DNA of 64,000 bases from Octopus bimaculoides (Eukaryota): contig NC_068982.1 of assembly GCF_001194135.2 (NCBI RefSeq), forward strand, positions 164,726,726-164,790,725. The letters are read 5' to 3'. Positions 13,645 through 27,300 of the stretch are shown one piece after another. The number at the start of each line of letters is the position of its first letter. Position 1 is the stretch's first letter. A program made the position numbers and the translations under genes. The notes below the pieces were generated by a model. The model worked only from the letters and a program-made list of their open reading frames with translations, ran no database searches and was not told where the DNA came from.

Positions 13645-14320
13645 AGAAACATAAAAAGTAACTGCCGAATATGTGGCGATGGATAAGAAACAATAAATCA
13701 TATTATCTGTGGCTGCCCAATCCTGGCTAAGAAGGAATATATTCACTGACACGACAGAGCTGGGACCTATATACACTGGAAGCTATGCCAACACTATGGA
13801 ATAACAACAGAAAAAAGATGGTATAAACACACTCCAAGAAAGGTCACAGAAAACGAGAAAGCAACCATACTCTGGGATATTCCAATACACACAGATAGAG
13901 AAATTAAGGCCAATAGACCAGATATAGTTATCAAAGATCATGAAGGAAAAAAATGCTTTCTACTTGATGTATCAATACCAGCAGATGACAATGCTTCCCT
14001 AAAAGAAATGAAAAAACTTTCAAAATACAAAGACCTGGAAATAGAGGTAACTCGAATGTGGAATCTAAAAAGAGAAACAATTCCTATCATAGTAGGTGCC
14101 TTAGGTATAATAACAAATATTCAGACAAATACATAACAAAAGCACCAGGACATACAAATATATATAACATACAGAAAATTGCACTACTGGGCACTGCACA
14201 CATCCTACGCAAAACACTTTCAATACACTAACCATAAGAGCATCACAGCAAACCACAGCACNNNNNNNNNNGCGCTCGGTGGTGAAGTGAAAGCACGTTA
14301 TAAAAATAAAACTACTGAAC

Positions 14321-14385
<65 letters not shown>
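13645..14385 (+). mobile_element. R4/Dong-clade RLE retrotransposon, 5'-truncated (subfamily X), (AAT)n tail
   Basis: CRICGDG*ETINHIICGCP (CCHC), H*HDR, ILWDIPIHTDREIKANRPDIVIKD...LLDVSIP...KLSKYKDLEIE (PD-D/ExK endonuclease), PIIVGALG, QKIALLGTAHILRKTLS; then a 3' UTR and (AAT)n. Confidence 0.92.
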
Positions 14386-14387
<2 letters not shown>

Positions 14388-14389
14388 TC

Positions 14390-14545
14390 GAAAAATAGCT
14401 TAGGAATGAGAACCCAGGTTCGAAATTTCCTCAAGACACATGATGAAGACTGCAGGGTATATCAGCCCAAATGTTGTGTTAACAACAAACAAGACGAGGA
14501 CAAATATCCGTCAAATATAAATAATGTAAATAATGTATGTGGTTA
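14390..14545 (+). mobile_element. Penelope-like terminal repeat fragment with a decayed minimal hammerhead ribozyme
   Basis: acac-atgatga-a-gactg..cagcc-caaa-tgt-t-gtgt fits stem I / CUGAUGA / stem II / GAAA / palindromic stem III with core substitutions. Penelope association is inferred from the known occurrence of minimal hammerheads in Penelope termini. Confidence 0.55.
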
Positions 14546-16599
14546 AATGTATTTTTCTGTATACTGACAGAACACTCTATCCACAATATTATATACACAA
14601 GATTGAACGATGTTACCAGTATATACTAATGATATGCATATAATTATTCCGGTAATGTTTGCTTTACATTTTTATATTGATGATAATTTATATCCTAAAA
14701 GAATTAGAATGCTTTCTTAATTCCTCTATAATAAAGTTTTAAAATTGTAGCATTTCTTTTATACCATTCTCTCCAAAGCTGAAAGTTAAACTTTTCGAAA
14801 TCGTATAATGAAAGCTGGTATTATGAACAATTTGCTTAACAATGTGTCGGTTTCTTGCCTTGTTCAATAAATTATCTAAACTTTTATTAAGCATCAAAGG
14901 AATAATTAAAGGCAGCATCCATCATGAGAACAATTCTGTGGTAGAACAATCAAGACTAGCACTTATATCAAAGACAGAACGCAGTTTCACTAACATAATA
15001 TTCTTTTGAGGAAATGGATAAATAATACGAAAAATAATACAAAGCATATTCATATCAAATAGAAGTACAATAATGCCACACCATTTCTGAGCAACTAACA
15101 ATAGTACGTTAGTCCATCGATTTAACAACTATTCGTCTAAAAATATATTTGAGGTTTTTGTCAAAGGAAAGTATAATGAATAATAAAAATGCTGGGGGCA
15201 TAAACAAAAATTGAATGAAGTGCTCGCTGTTGATTCAAGACTCACATGCTTCCAATGTATTCATTCAAAAGAAGTGCACTATTCTTCCATGCCAATCATT
15301 TGGAATCAAGGAGAATAAATGAAGAATTTATCGTTTGAAATATCCAAACTAAGTCAAACACCCATAAACAGCTTTCCTTCATGCTTCAGACGAACAATTA
15401 ATAATTTACAACTGGTTAGAGCTGATACACAGATGGAATTGCCTTCGAACAAGTAAAAGATTCATACATCTCTTCAGAAATAAACACAACACCCCCACAC
15501 ATACACGCGGAATATCTATGCACATATGCATACACACCTAGATATAAACACTGGTCTACCACGTCAGGACGAAATTGGAAGTTTAAAAGAAATTCAAGAT
15601 GACTTTTAAGTGTTAGTGTTTAGGTTAGCTCCGGTCACACAGATGTAATATTATCCAAATGACAGTTATTTTAGGTTATTCTATTTTATTTTATTTTTTT
15701 GGTCCACGTGTTTCTAAAAGCACATACAGAAGATTATTACCAGCCCCGCTTTGAATGGCTAGCAAGACTGTCTTTAGAATAACAGACACAAGTACGTGGT
15801 GCAAAAAGAGACGCGGAGATTAACGATATATACGAGTTTCTTTGTGTTGAGTTTTATTTCATTATTTCGAGCTTAATGAGGTTTTTTCATACCATGCCGA
15901 CGCATTGTGTGTATTTTTTTGATATGATGATTTGGCATATGTAATTAGTTTTTAAATTTCCACATTAGCATTATCTTTTTCCAGATCAGATTTAAGTCAT
16001 TTTTTAGGTTAACCCTGGCGTATGAAGTATCTCTATTTCAAAATTACAGATCATCACTGAGCGGTTCCTCATTTTCCATACGACATAACTTGCTATCCCG
16101 CTTACGTTGGCTACATCGTAAAAGAATTTCTATGCTTAAAATTTACTAACTGCAAAAACTGAACACTACTCACGTCTCTTCAAAATTTATGCAAAATTTC
16201 TCAAGATGCTCGTCTTAAGAATTCTCCAATTCTTTGAGAGATTTTGTATTTATTGTCGATATTTCACGCACTTACAAAAAAAAAGACAGAAAATGCACGC
16301 TTGAAAATAGGTAAATTAGTGTCCATTGAAAGCTTCTAAGATTATTCATCGCTTCTTAATTCTGTTTGCAACTTCATTATTACGATTCTCGTCCTCGTTT
16401 AAATTATTCAGGATATCATTGGAGGGAGATTATTTTTCAACGTTTTACTACATACCACTATTTTCGGAATCGCACGAATCTTTCCCGAGAATAGCTGTTA
16501 AGGAATAATCGTTTTACGAATATTTATAGAGAGACCCAACGTGTTACATGTCAACACACTCCTTTTCTCTCTCCCTCACTCTCACCCCCACACTTTCTC

Positions 16600-16600
16600 A

Positions 16601-16637
<37 letters not shown>

Positions 16638-16638
16638 G

Positions 16639-16671
<33 letters not shown>

Positions 16672-16725
16672 ACACACACGCACACACACTCACATACATG
16701 TTTCGTTTCTTTCCTATAGTTGCTT

Positions 16726-16772
<47 letters not shown>
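16600..16772. repeat. Compound (CT)n/(CA)n/(TA)n/(TG)n microsatellite
   Basis: Directly visible. Confidence 0.95.
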
Positions 16773-16777
<5 letters not shown>

Positions 16778-17389
16778 CTGAAATAGACACAACGGAAACT
16801 GCAAATTGACAGAGTAGAATAGCTACATAAAGACAGAGTGATATAATGAAATCAGGAAATAGCGTACTGTAGGGTGTCAAATAACACGACAGAGATAGGC
16901 TAGAAGCTAGAAATGTCGATATATTAATATGAATTATGAAAAAATGTCAAAATTAAATAGCGGTATAGATTGATTCAACAGAAATACGCCGATGGATTTT
17001 CATAATATCAACAGCTTTACTTTAATGGAGTATGTATTGATGCCATGGATCACAGATCTATAAGCCTGCTCATGCTCACTATCAGATAAATTCCAAAGGG
17101 AAATTTAAAATTGCTATATATGATGAGAAGAAAGACGGCTTATAAGGATTAAAAATTCCTTTTGATAAAAAGAATCGAAAGATAACATATATTCTTGCCC
17201 ATGAACCGATAAGAACGGAAAGTATAAACAGCGATGACAAGTAAAATTTTTGGCATACAATAATGGGACAATTTTGCATACACATGCACAAGTACTGGTG
17301 AGCCAAAATAAGTAAAGAATAAATATATAAGGTTTCCAGATACTTGCTGTTCTGCGCTGCTTTAATAATAGTCTTTTCTACTATAAGCA

Positions 17390-17520
17390 CACAGCCTGAA
17401 ATTTGGGGGAGGAAAATAATCCATTACATCAACCCAGTACACAACTGGTACTTATTTTATCGACCACGAATGGATGACAGGTAAAGTCGACCTCGGTGGA
17501 ATTTGAATTCAGAACATATA
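17390..17520 (-). mobile_element. SINE family B, head-truncated
   Basis: ctggtacttattttatcgacc...aagtcgacctcggtggaatttgaattcagaac is the reverse complement of the family B core. Confidence 0.8.
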
Positions 17521-17524
17521 GACT

Positions 17525-18130
17525 GAGGCTTGGCTTAGCTTGAAAAATCTGTCTTGTTAAGCTTCCCTGAAACATCCTAATCACATGTCCACAGTGCCGG
17601 AGCTGTGCCAATCAATACAAAGGAACAGTAGTACTACCTGAAGAGGCTCCGTGAACTCTGAGTAACGCATCATCTCCAGTAACTTTACTCCAAAAATCTT
17701 TCGGAGGTATCCCATTTCAGCAGCTTGTATTCGCGATCGTACAATTTTGGACATTATCCAAGATTCATGACTATATGCCAGGATACGCACGAAAACCGAA
17801 TTGAAGATGAGTCTGGCTTTTCACCATCCTCTCCTTTACTGACGATGAATGATAAAACTGGCGAATTACTCTACCAGTACCTGTACTTCTGGCATCCAGT
17901 CCAGTCTACTGCTTCCCGTCACACATGAATAATGCTCCAGGATACTTAAACTTCTCCATTTATCTCAGAGATATTCTAACATGCTGAGTGCACTACGAAG
18001 ACTTTCTTGAGAAAGCCAATAGTACAGTCTTCGGAGTACTAATTCTCATCGCTGCCCGGCAGCATTCTTTAGCGAATCCATTCATTACATCTTTGGATGT
18101 CACCTCCTGATGAGCCAAATAGCATCTTTA
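17525..18130 (-). mobile_element. RTE-clade LINE, C-terminal ORF remnant
   Basis: Minus-strand translation gives EKFKYPG, ILAYSHESWIMSKIVRSRIQAAEMGYLRKIFG and QLRHCGHVIRM, typical RTE post-RT motifs. Frameshifted. Confidence 0.88.
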
Positions 18131-18134
18131 ACAA

Positions 18135-18443
18135 TTGAAACAAAATAGAGTGCTCTAATGATAGTGAAATTCCTTACTGATTATCTTCGGTATGGTCTAT
18201 GCCTGTTTACAGGAAAATTAGAGAGAGAAATTTTAAAACCAAAGCTTGCCGAAGAATAGTATTACTTCCGTTCTGGACGCAGCACAAGTGACCTGATATT
18301 TACTTTACGGTAGGTCATTGAGAAAAAGGAGTACACTTGCTTTGTGGACCTGGAAAAGGCTCATGAGGGCGTGCTTCAGAACATGCTATGGACAGTTTAC
18401 AGAAGTTTAGAATTAATGAAGAACTTCTGGTTGGCCTGAAGTA

Positions 18444-18445
<2 letters not shown>
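18135..18445 (+). mobile_element. RTE-like reverse transcriptase fragment, inverted relative to 17525-18130
   Basis: Plus-strand translation gives ECSNDSEI..GMVYACL..PKLAEE*YYFRSGRSTSDLIFTLR*VIEK..CFVDLEKAH, corresponding to NYRGI, EEQxGFRxGRSTxDxIFTLRQ and FVDLEKAYD (N-terminal RT motifs). Confidence 0.85.
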
Positions 18446-18510
<65 letters not shown>

Positions 18511-21357
18511 CCTACATACACACACACGTTTATATACAAACATATATATCCCTGTTGTATACTTCCGAAAGATAAGAAATTGCTCAGTGTATGCTGTAAA
18601 AAACATTTTAAATTAAACTGACGTATTTTCTCTCTCGACCTGCGTTTTAGATTACGACTGTCAAGTGAACTGTTCTTATACCAGTATTTTGGACTGCATT
18701 TGCATACATTTATACTGTATCAGGTTAATTCTTTCTCAATGATCATTTATCCAGCGGTTCATATGTTTGATGCATGTTTCATATGCTAATTTGTCATTCT
18801 GCTTTCATAAGTTGACTTCAGTATAATGTTCTTGTAGCAATTTGAATTATTGTCTTAATGTGTATGTTAATCAAACAATTCGGAGCTTTCATTGCGTGGA
18901 TTTTTCAACTTCTTAAACGAATCCAGTCTGTCTAATAGATCTTTTTCATCTCCATATCACATTTCGTTGTCACGTAAACTTGCCTTGTTTCCACTTGTCC
19001 ATCGTGTAATCGCACTTATTTTGCTAAATTATATACTCTTTTACCAGAGTTGTTTGTGTGTATATGGTTTTAAATTAAAACTGATTATGCGCATCACTTT
19101 TCATCAAATAATTCATTAGACATTTTTGTAAATCATATGACTCTATTGTGAAATCGTACACTCCTTTGCTAGAGATGTAAACTTACTTACCACCTTTCAT
19201 CAACTGGTTCTATGCCTACGCGGTATCAAGTTATTTATACAAACGGTTCCTGTTTTAGAATATGTTATTTAATATTGTTTTTTGTTGGTAAATTTAGTGT
19301 TTGTCTTTTCTGTCTGTCGATTATATTAGCATATCTTCTTTCAATGCAATTTCCATTCTCTACAGATTGAAGATATTTAATTTACTTATGATATTTCAAA
19401 GTATAATAATTTCAGCGTGGAAGGTGTTTATAAGCCATTTAAAATACACAAAAACCATTAGATTCACCTCAGCATTTAAATTTAATTCGTCAAAATATTT
19501 TTGTCGCTTTGAAACCGCGATCTGTTCACTGACAACATTCCGTGCTGCATCTCAAAGTATGTTTTCCGTATATTCTTTAGGGGTAGTATTTCTTCTCAGA
19601 TAGATATAAATAGTCATTTTTTAGTGGGTTATTTTGTTTTACCTCATTTATTGCCTCGATATCTTTGGCATTGTTGTATCTAAACTATTATTTCTGTTGC
19701 TGTTTTGATATTTGACATTTGATATTTGGCACCGTTGGCCTTTCGGAATACTTTATAGTAATGAAATTTTCTGCTGCTTGTATCATGATATCCTTCATTC
19801 GATTTTGCATAGAAGCGCATTTCTCTGGTAATTATACGTTTTCGGTTGTACATAGAAGGAATGTCTTACAAAGATTTATGTAAGTGCCACTTAGGTCGAC
19901 TACGGCACAGTTTAAGTTAATATTTTCTTTCTTAAATCCCAACAATCAAGAGCTGTAAAACAAAATTTCTCATATATGCATATATAAGGGGAATTTTCCG
20001 AAAAAGTGTAGGCAACCAAGAAACGATTGTTGAGATATTTCTCGGGGTGTACTTTCAAAAATATGAAATTTCCAGTTCTTCGAAACAAGGTAAAAGATCT
20101 CCCTGACTTTTGCAATTACGTTCCTAAGCGTACTAACAGTATGTTGTGTACATTACATATAAAAGCAACACCATTTGCTTATCAATATGAAATCATTCGA
20201 TTTGGGTGTGATAATAATGTGTAGGATTAAGATCTCAGGTACTCAATAGTTTTCTCTGAATGACTAAGAATTTTACACTTTATTTGTTCGAATGGTTCGA
20301 ACGGAGAGATACTGTGAACATCTAAATAGATATGGATCTAGAATTATGTACAAAATTACCTAGCCCAAATGCAAAATCGGTAGTTTGAGACCGTGAAGAC
20401 CTGTTACCGGCATAGTGATCGCTTACGTCAGGTACAGAGTAAAATTGTCATTCGTCAAATAATATTATTGGTAACGTTCCTCTGTGCTAGTGCTAGATAC
20501 GCGTGAGTTGTTGGGGCGACCCTCAACAACAAACAGTTGGGATCTTTCTGAAGAGAATCACTATGAATGAATTGATAAAGAACTGTACAAACGTTATCGT
20601 AAAAGAACATTATATACAGTGTAGCAAGCCTATAGTTTAGAATTTTGCAGTGAGAAAAAAAAAAGGATCGGGATCGATATACTTACAATAAAATTGGCAC
20701 CCGGCTAATTCTTCAAAGAGAATTACATAGATTATCTTGTAACTCCGATCTATTCCCTAGGATAGCTTTCGTGCAAAATCTGTTCGGCTGGTTCCCGTTG
20801 GCAATGAAATTGAAATTACATCTTTCACGGTCTAAAATTTGATTCATGAAGTTATTTTTCCAGTATCCTTTTGCCAAATATTTTATGGATAATGGTGGAA
20901 AAACACAAACACTTCATCAGGAGAAACACTTAACTGCATTATTTTTCTTGAAGGCAGGCAAATTTCGTGTATCTGGTGATTTGACAAAACGTTACAAATG
21001 GTGGATACATAATACTGAAGCAAGGTATTTTTCTTTTCAAATATACACACACGCATAAACACACACACATACGCACACAAACACGCACACAAGTGGCTGG
21101 CCAGGGACATGACGTAACGTCTTTGTTTTACCATAAGTTGCATACAACCGAGGAAGGAAATGTAATTCATTGAAGGTGATTCTGAATGAATCGTGGTCAT
21201 TGCTAGTAACCTTCCACGGTGTTGTTACTATCAGTCAAGTAAAGGAGAAATTTACAACGATACTGCCTAAGTAGTATCTTTATAATTTCTCGTGGTCGAA
21301 ATTGTAAAATGTAAAGAGCGTCGCATTATATCCATAGCTAATATATATTTGCCTTAA

Positions 21358-21545
21358 GACGGCGAGATAGCAGAATCGTGTGCACGCCATGCAAAATGCT
21401 TAACAGCATTTCGATTGTCTTTACGATCTGAGTTGAAATTTCGCCGAGGTCCACTTTGCCTTTTATCATTTCAGGCTCGATATAATGAGTACCAGTCAAT
21501 TACTGCAGTTGGTGCAATCGACTTGCCCACTTCCTCGAAACTGCT
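21358..21545 (+). mobile_element. SINE family B
   Basis: ggcgagatagcagaatcgtg..cacgcc..caaaatgctta...gagttgaaatttcgccgaggtccactttgcctt...gagtaccagtc. Confidence 0.82.
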
Positions 21546-24187
21546 GCTGTTGTGACCAAATTTGACATCAGTACCTACCTATCTACCTACCTACCTACCT
21601 ACCTACACACTTACATGTATTCGTATATGTGTCTGCTTATACTATTAATTTCATATATATGCGATGCGCGTATGTGTGTGCGTGTGTGTGAAGGAGGAAC
21701 ACACACGTCATATGGAGTTCCCTAGTATAGAGGCAAAGCAGGCCTATCAAAAATAAACACACCAAACTTGCATAATAAATTCTCGAATATTATGCATTTA
21801 TGTTTCATCTAACAATTTCAATTCTAAATAAATATGGCTGAAAACTGGCAGGCTAAGCTTATATTAGACAATCATTTTATACTGCTTTTAGTTGAGGAAA
21901 TAATAAACGTGGAATGTTTCTTGAAAATAGGGTACAATATTGGCGCTAAATACTTAAATGACTTTTCTAATGCACGCATCATGAACATAAATGTTTTGGG
22001 CAATTATGATTTCCTACAATCAATACATCGCATTTTTTTTACTCACTCAGCGGATAATTTGGCTAAAAATCGATAGTAAATCAAGTGCAGAAGCAAAGCA
22101 ACATGAACGTAACTGATGCTATTTAGCTGGCACCTACAGTATGATTTTCCCCACACGAAACATCAAAACAACAAGCTAAGCAAAGTAAAATTTATAAAAG
22201 AAAATATCAAGAAATTTTTATTGCTGGTGGACCAAGTAGATTTTGCGCTAAAAGTAGAAAAGTTTTAATTACAACTTACATGCTGCTAAATTGAAGTGTC
22301 ATTTCGAAACAACACGTGTGATTTGAAATAAAAGGTCTATTTCAAGAATATCTTTAAAAATTATTTGATATTGGATTCAACAAAATCTATATTTCTATCT
22401 TTTATGTCAAACAAATAGAACTGCCTTTCTTATTTCACGTTGCATTGGTTGGAGACTAGCAATATCTGGAGAAAATCATACGAAAATAAATGTTCTGTGT
22501 AAAGTGTTTCATATGGATAAAGTACGGTAAACATATCGATAACGTTCTACTTAATAAAGATACACTTCCAAGGCTTATTCAAAACGCTTCATATTTACAT
22601 GAAGGTGAACGTATAAGCTGTTTATGAGCTTAAAAGTTAGATAAACGGGTCAACAACGTTGCTTGCAAAGCAAAAATGTCTGTGCCGGTAGGCTCTATTT
22701 ACGAAAATTGCATTGATAAAGTCTTAATAATCTGTCAGACAGTGGAGAGCCATGCTACAGGGGAAAAAGATTTAATTTAATTCATTTATGAAAATTTGGA
22801 GTTCATGGAAAAATTCTTTTCACGCACCTGCATTTTCAGAATTGCAGCAAAGGAAAATTTTCAGTTTGTGCTACAAGCATAAAGAAGGAAAAATCAGAAT
22901 GCTGATAGCATCCATTGTTGTTGTTTTTCATCTTCGAAGTCAAGTAGATGAACGTAAGGCTCAAATGTAATTAAAGTACTAAATGAGGACTCAATGGTCA
23001 ATTCTATTAAACTTAATACAAATATATTGAGATATTATTTGAAAGTTGGTGTAAACTTATTTTTAGTTTACTGCAAAAATAAACTCCCCATATTTGTTAC
23101 TTTAAAATTTGATGCTTGTTTTTATATTTTTTAACAACACAAATTAAATATACTATTTTAAAATGCAGCATTAGGTCTTCTAGAGAATCGTTCTGTTTTC
23201 ACTGTTTGATCTTATCCACTGAAGGATGTCAAAATTTTAAATGGAAAGAAAGCAAATTTAATCGATTTTATTGTAGTGTAGAAACCGGAGTGTAAAGCAG
23301 CAAAGATTACTTCAATATCTATCAACTAAAATTTATTGCTCAGCATTGCTCCTAAACGCTTTGTTGTAAGGAGGGGGATCGTGAATTAACGATGTTGCAG
23401 GCGAAAATTTGTGATCAACAGATATATTTGCTTAGTGTTATTTGTTTTGTTGTCACTTTCAAGCTGTTATTATGTGCTTTTACTGAAAACTGCACCTGTT
23501 TCCCATACTTTAATTAATATTGGGATGGTGGTGGTGTTTTTATTGTCATTACTTCTGTTTGTTGCTACAAGGGAGGTATCGGTGACAATAAATTCTTCTT
23601 TCCCGCTGGTGATTTTCTAGATAATGGCAATAACAAGAAAGGAACGATCCGTACCTTATACTTCTAGTCGAGTCAAAAAAAAAAAAAAATGGATGATAAA
23701 TTCATGAGATGTAACTTTCTTGAAAGAAATAAAAGATACTCTAACCTAGCCAATCAGAAGATAAGCAGCCTCGCAAATGTAGGCATTCGTTTATTAACTA
23801 CCCTGTGTCGGTTAATAAACAGTAAAACCGGTATTATATTTCTTTCCGTATATTTTTCAAGTCAACAGTATGAACCCGCATTGCATGACACAGTTCAGAA
23901 TTTACGCAAACACCTTTACTGCATTAATGCACTTTGTTAACAGTTCACGCAATATATTCTCTATACAATAATGACAACGACATACCATACATTGCTTGGC
24001 ATAAGCGTTACACAGTCATACTTAATACAAGAATGGAATCACATACATAATCCACAAGCAGTACAACAGCACATTCAGTGCACTACCATCGTCTCTTTAA
24101 ACCCATTCTATTTTATGTGCCACTTATTAGTGTAAGACTGCATATAGTCTACATATAATCACACTGTTACATAATCAGTAGCAGAGT

Positions 24188-24248
24188 ATACATACATACA
24201 TACATACATACATACATACACACATTACATACATATATATACATACAT

Positions 24249-24328
<80 letters not shown>
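24188..24328. repeat. Compound (TACA)n/(CA)n/(TA)n microsatellite
   Basis: Directly visible. Confidence 0.95.
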
Positions 24329-24330
<2 letters not shown>

Positions 24331-27300
24331 TCTCACACACCACCCTGAACTCACATAACTCATATTCAATAAGTTTTCCTTAAAAATATGACACAGCCCT
24401 CACTGTGCATACTCTACACCATTAGAACTCAAGAATTTAAGACATATCACAACTTTCAAAACTCATTGAAAACACTATCGTCACCTAACAATGCACGTAT
24501 TATGCAGAACAAAAAGATGAAACACCAAAATAAAAATAGAAATAACAACTAAATAACCACTGAAAAGCAATACATAAACAGCTTGGAAACATAATTCTAC
24601 ACCACCAACAGACTATGTTGCACACATTTGAGTAACGCGGAAGTGCACCTGGTTGTGCAGTAAAGAACTTGCAAGAATCTGTTGAAAGCATAGTGATGAT
24701 GATAATAATAATAGCAATAATAATAATGATGCTTATTATTTCTTTTCTCCATTTTTATAGTTATTTTGAAGATATTGATTAAAAAAGATAATGTTTATAT
24801 GAACAGATTTCTCTACACAAGTAACATTATATTCATTCACATACAAAGCATTTTCATATTCCATCTTGAAGAGAATATAAATTATGCCCTCAGTTAATGT
24901 TAAAGAGGCTCTTTTGTAATATAGCGTGCTGCGAAAATTAGCCATATAGTTGAAGTGATGTCAAAGAACCTTATTATTTTTATGACTTTAATATGAACCT
25001 TCCATTATCATCGTTCTCATTTTAGCTTTAGGTTCACAAAATAGCGATGTAATCATCGTCCATTTCTGTTTTTGTGTGAAATATGTTTTTATATTAAAGT
25101 ATTAACATAGCTCTTAGGCTTCTTATGAATAAAATGTAGAAAGCAAGCATCCCTTTCTCCCCGTGAATAATGAGTTTTGTGTTTGGTGAGTGCTACAAAT
25201 AAATTTAATGCAAATAAAAGACGTATGCACAGTGGATTGTTATGTTAATTCAAAGTAGATGGGAATATGTGATAGCTGTTGTCGGATATCGATTAATATA
25301 TTCTCATATATCGATTAAAACGGTCAAATCAGTTATAGTGTACATGATTTAGTTTAATACATTTTGCCCATATATAGTAACCACGATCAAAGCCAAAATT
25401 ATTATTGACTTTGAATTGCTTAGACATCCTAATTATGCCAAATTTGATGCTAAACATTGTGAGAATACAATGAAACCGTAGGGTCGAATATAAATTATCC
25501 TATAGAAAATTATTTTCATAGAAACTTTTCTAGATTTATACAATATATTAACAGTACCTTGCTAAGCAACATATGAGAAATTTTGCCTATTAATGTATAT
25601 GTGATATTATCGTTGTGCGAATCAAACTCCGACATGGCTTAAAATATTTTAAACTGATGAATAGCGAGTGCTGAGATATGTTTGGTGGTTAGTATGACCG
25701 GGAAAAAGCATTCGATTGTTTGAATCTGAGGAAGTTTATGAATATAGGTAAAGACAGATTTTTCGCATTATCTATGACAGAGTTACGCAAAGAATAAATT
25801 AGAATTGATTCGGCTCATCTCGGTACATAACCAGAACATATTTTTATTGCCTCCAGAGGAACAAATGCAAAAGGGAACGTGAAAGAACATGGATCCGGAA
25901 TATACATTTTGAATCTAAACACAGTGACGGTGCGATATGTGTTCAGTTCGCTTGTGTTTATAAATATCAATACCATAATCTGAGGACCTAATTGTATAAA
26001 AAAAAAACCTGTTATTGATGGCAGAAAGGCCTACCGATGCAAGGAATTTAACCGACTGCTAAATTTACTATAAATTGCCATCTTATTTGAATGCATGTCA
26101 GAGAATGGCTGATTTGACGTAGCCAAGATGCTGTTGGAAAAACAACTAAATAAATAATCACATTCCGAAATATAAAGTTAATGCAACAACATTAACATTT
26201 AATTTTACACCATAAAACATGTGTACATTATCGGTGATTCCTTCGAGATTCTATCTTGTATGCGTTCAACTTGTATACTACTTGCGTTACAAAATGTCAT
26301 CATGTCTGTTTTAGAAACGTATCTCATCTTCAGTATCTTTGGGTCATTGCTATCCATCGGTGATGTCGTTATAATTGTTGTATAGTTATAGTTTCCCAGA
26401 TCCTGCTAGAAGTTTACATCATTTTGTTATTCCAAACTACGTGATAAACACTATTTGATGAGCCAAAGTACACGTGAAACGCACGCAAATACACACACAC
26501 ATGCGCACGTATGCACACACACACACATACACACACACTCTCATATGTTCATAGTTCACTATTTCACTCCCCTCTTTGAAAATGTACCAAATATAAAGCT
26601 GATGATTCTCACGAATTAAAGAAAAGGAGACATTTTTATTTTCATTATAGTTCAATGGTATTTTTGTTGTTTCTTCCTTTTTAAGAAATAGCGTTCTATT
26701 TGCGGAAGATAAATATGAATAGCACAAAGAAATAACGAAATATTAATAATCTTTATTTTCTGAAAAAAAATAAAATAAAACATTTCGTATATCCTTAATT
26801 AAATTAGAACTACTTTTATTCAAAATCACTCGGTCTAATAAATAATTTCAGCTAGACGTTTAATGATGTTAACATGATTTGGGTTTTATTATATTTTTGT
26901 TGTAGAACTGTGTATATATATATATATATATGCGCATGTTTGTGTGTGCGTGCGTGTATTTCTGTAAATAAACACAAACATATATTCGTGTTGCATAATA
27001 TCTGATTGCGTCTTGTTTATGTTATATTGATTTATTGTCAATTCAAATTTTTAAGTCATTATTTAACTCAATTTATTACATGTGGCTATTTAACACTATC
27101 AAATTCACTTTTAAATTTACCATAGATGTTTTATGAAATGTGATTCTTGATGATTTACATATTGTACTGTGTAGTAGTTGATACATTATTTGCGGTACAT
27201 TTGGATGTTTGATACAAGATAAATTTTGCTGTTGATGTCTTCACGTCTCTGTTTGGAAAGTAGTCATCTCAGTTTTAATTTCAGCGCACTTCAGTACTCT

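Noticed and set aside
16008-16502. TTAACCC start suggesting a piggyBac end
   Set aside because: No matching GGGTTAA terminus or transposase remnant was found.
19185-19255. Minus-strand 59-nt segment bounded by CAG and a strong GTG|GTAAGT donor
   Set aside because: It has stops in all three frames and no supporting neighbouring exons. It could only be non-coding, and such motifs are common by chance.
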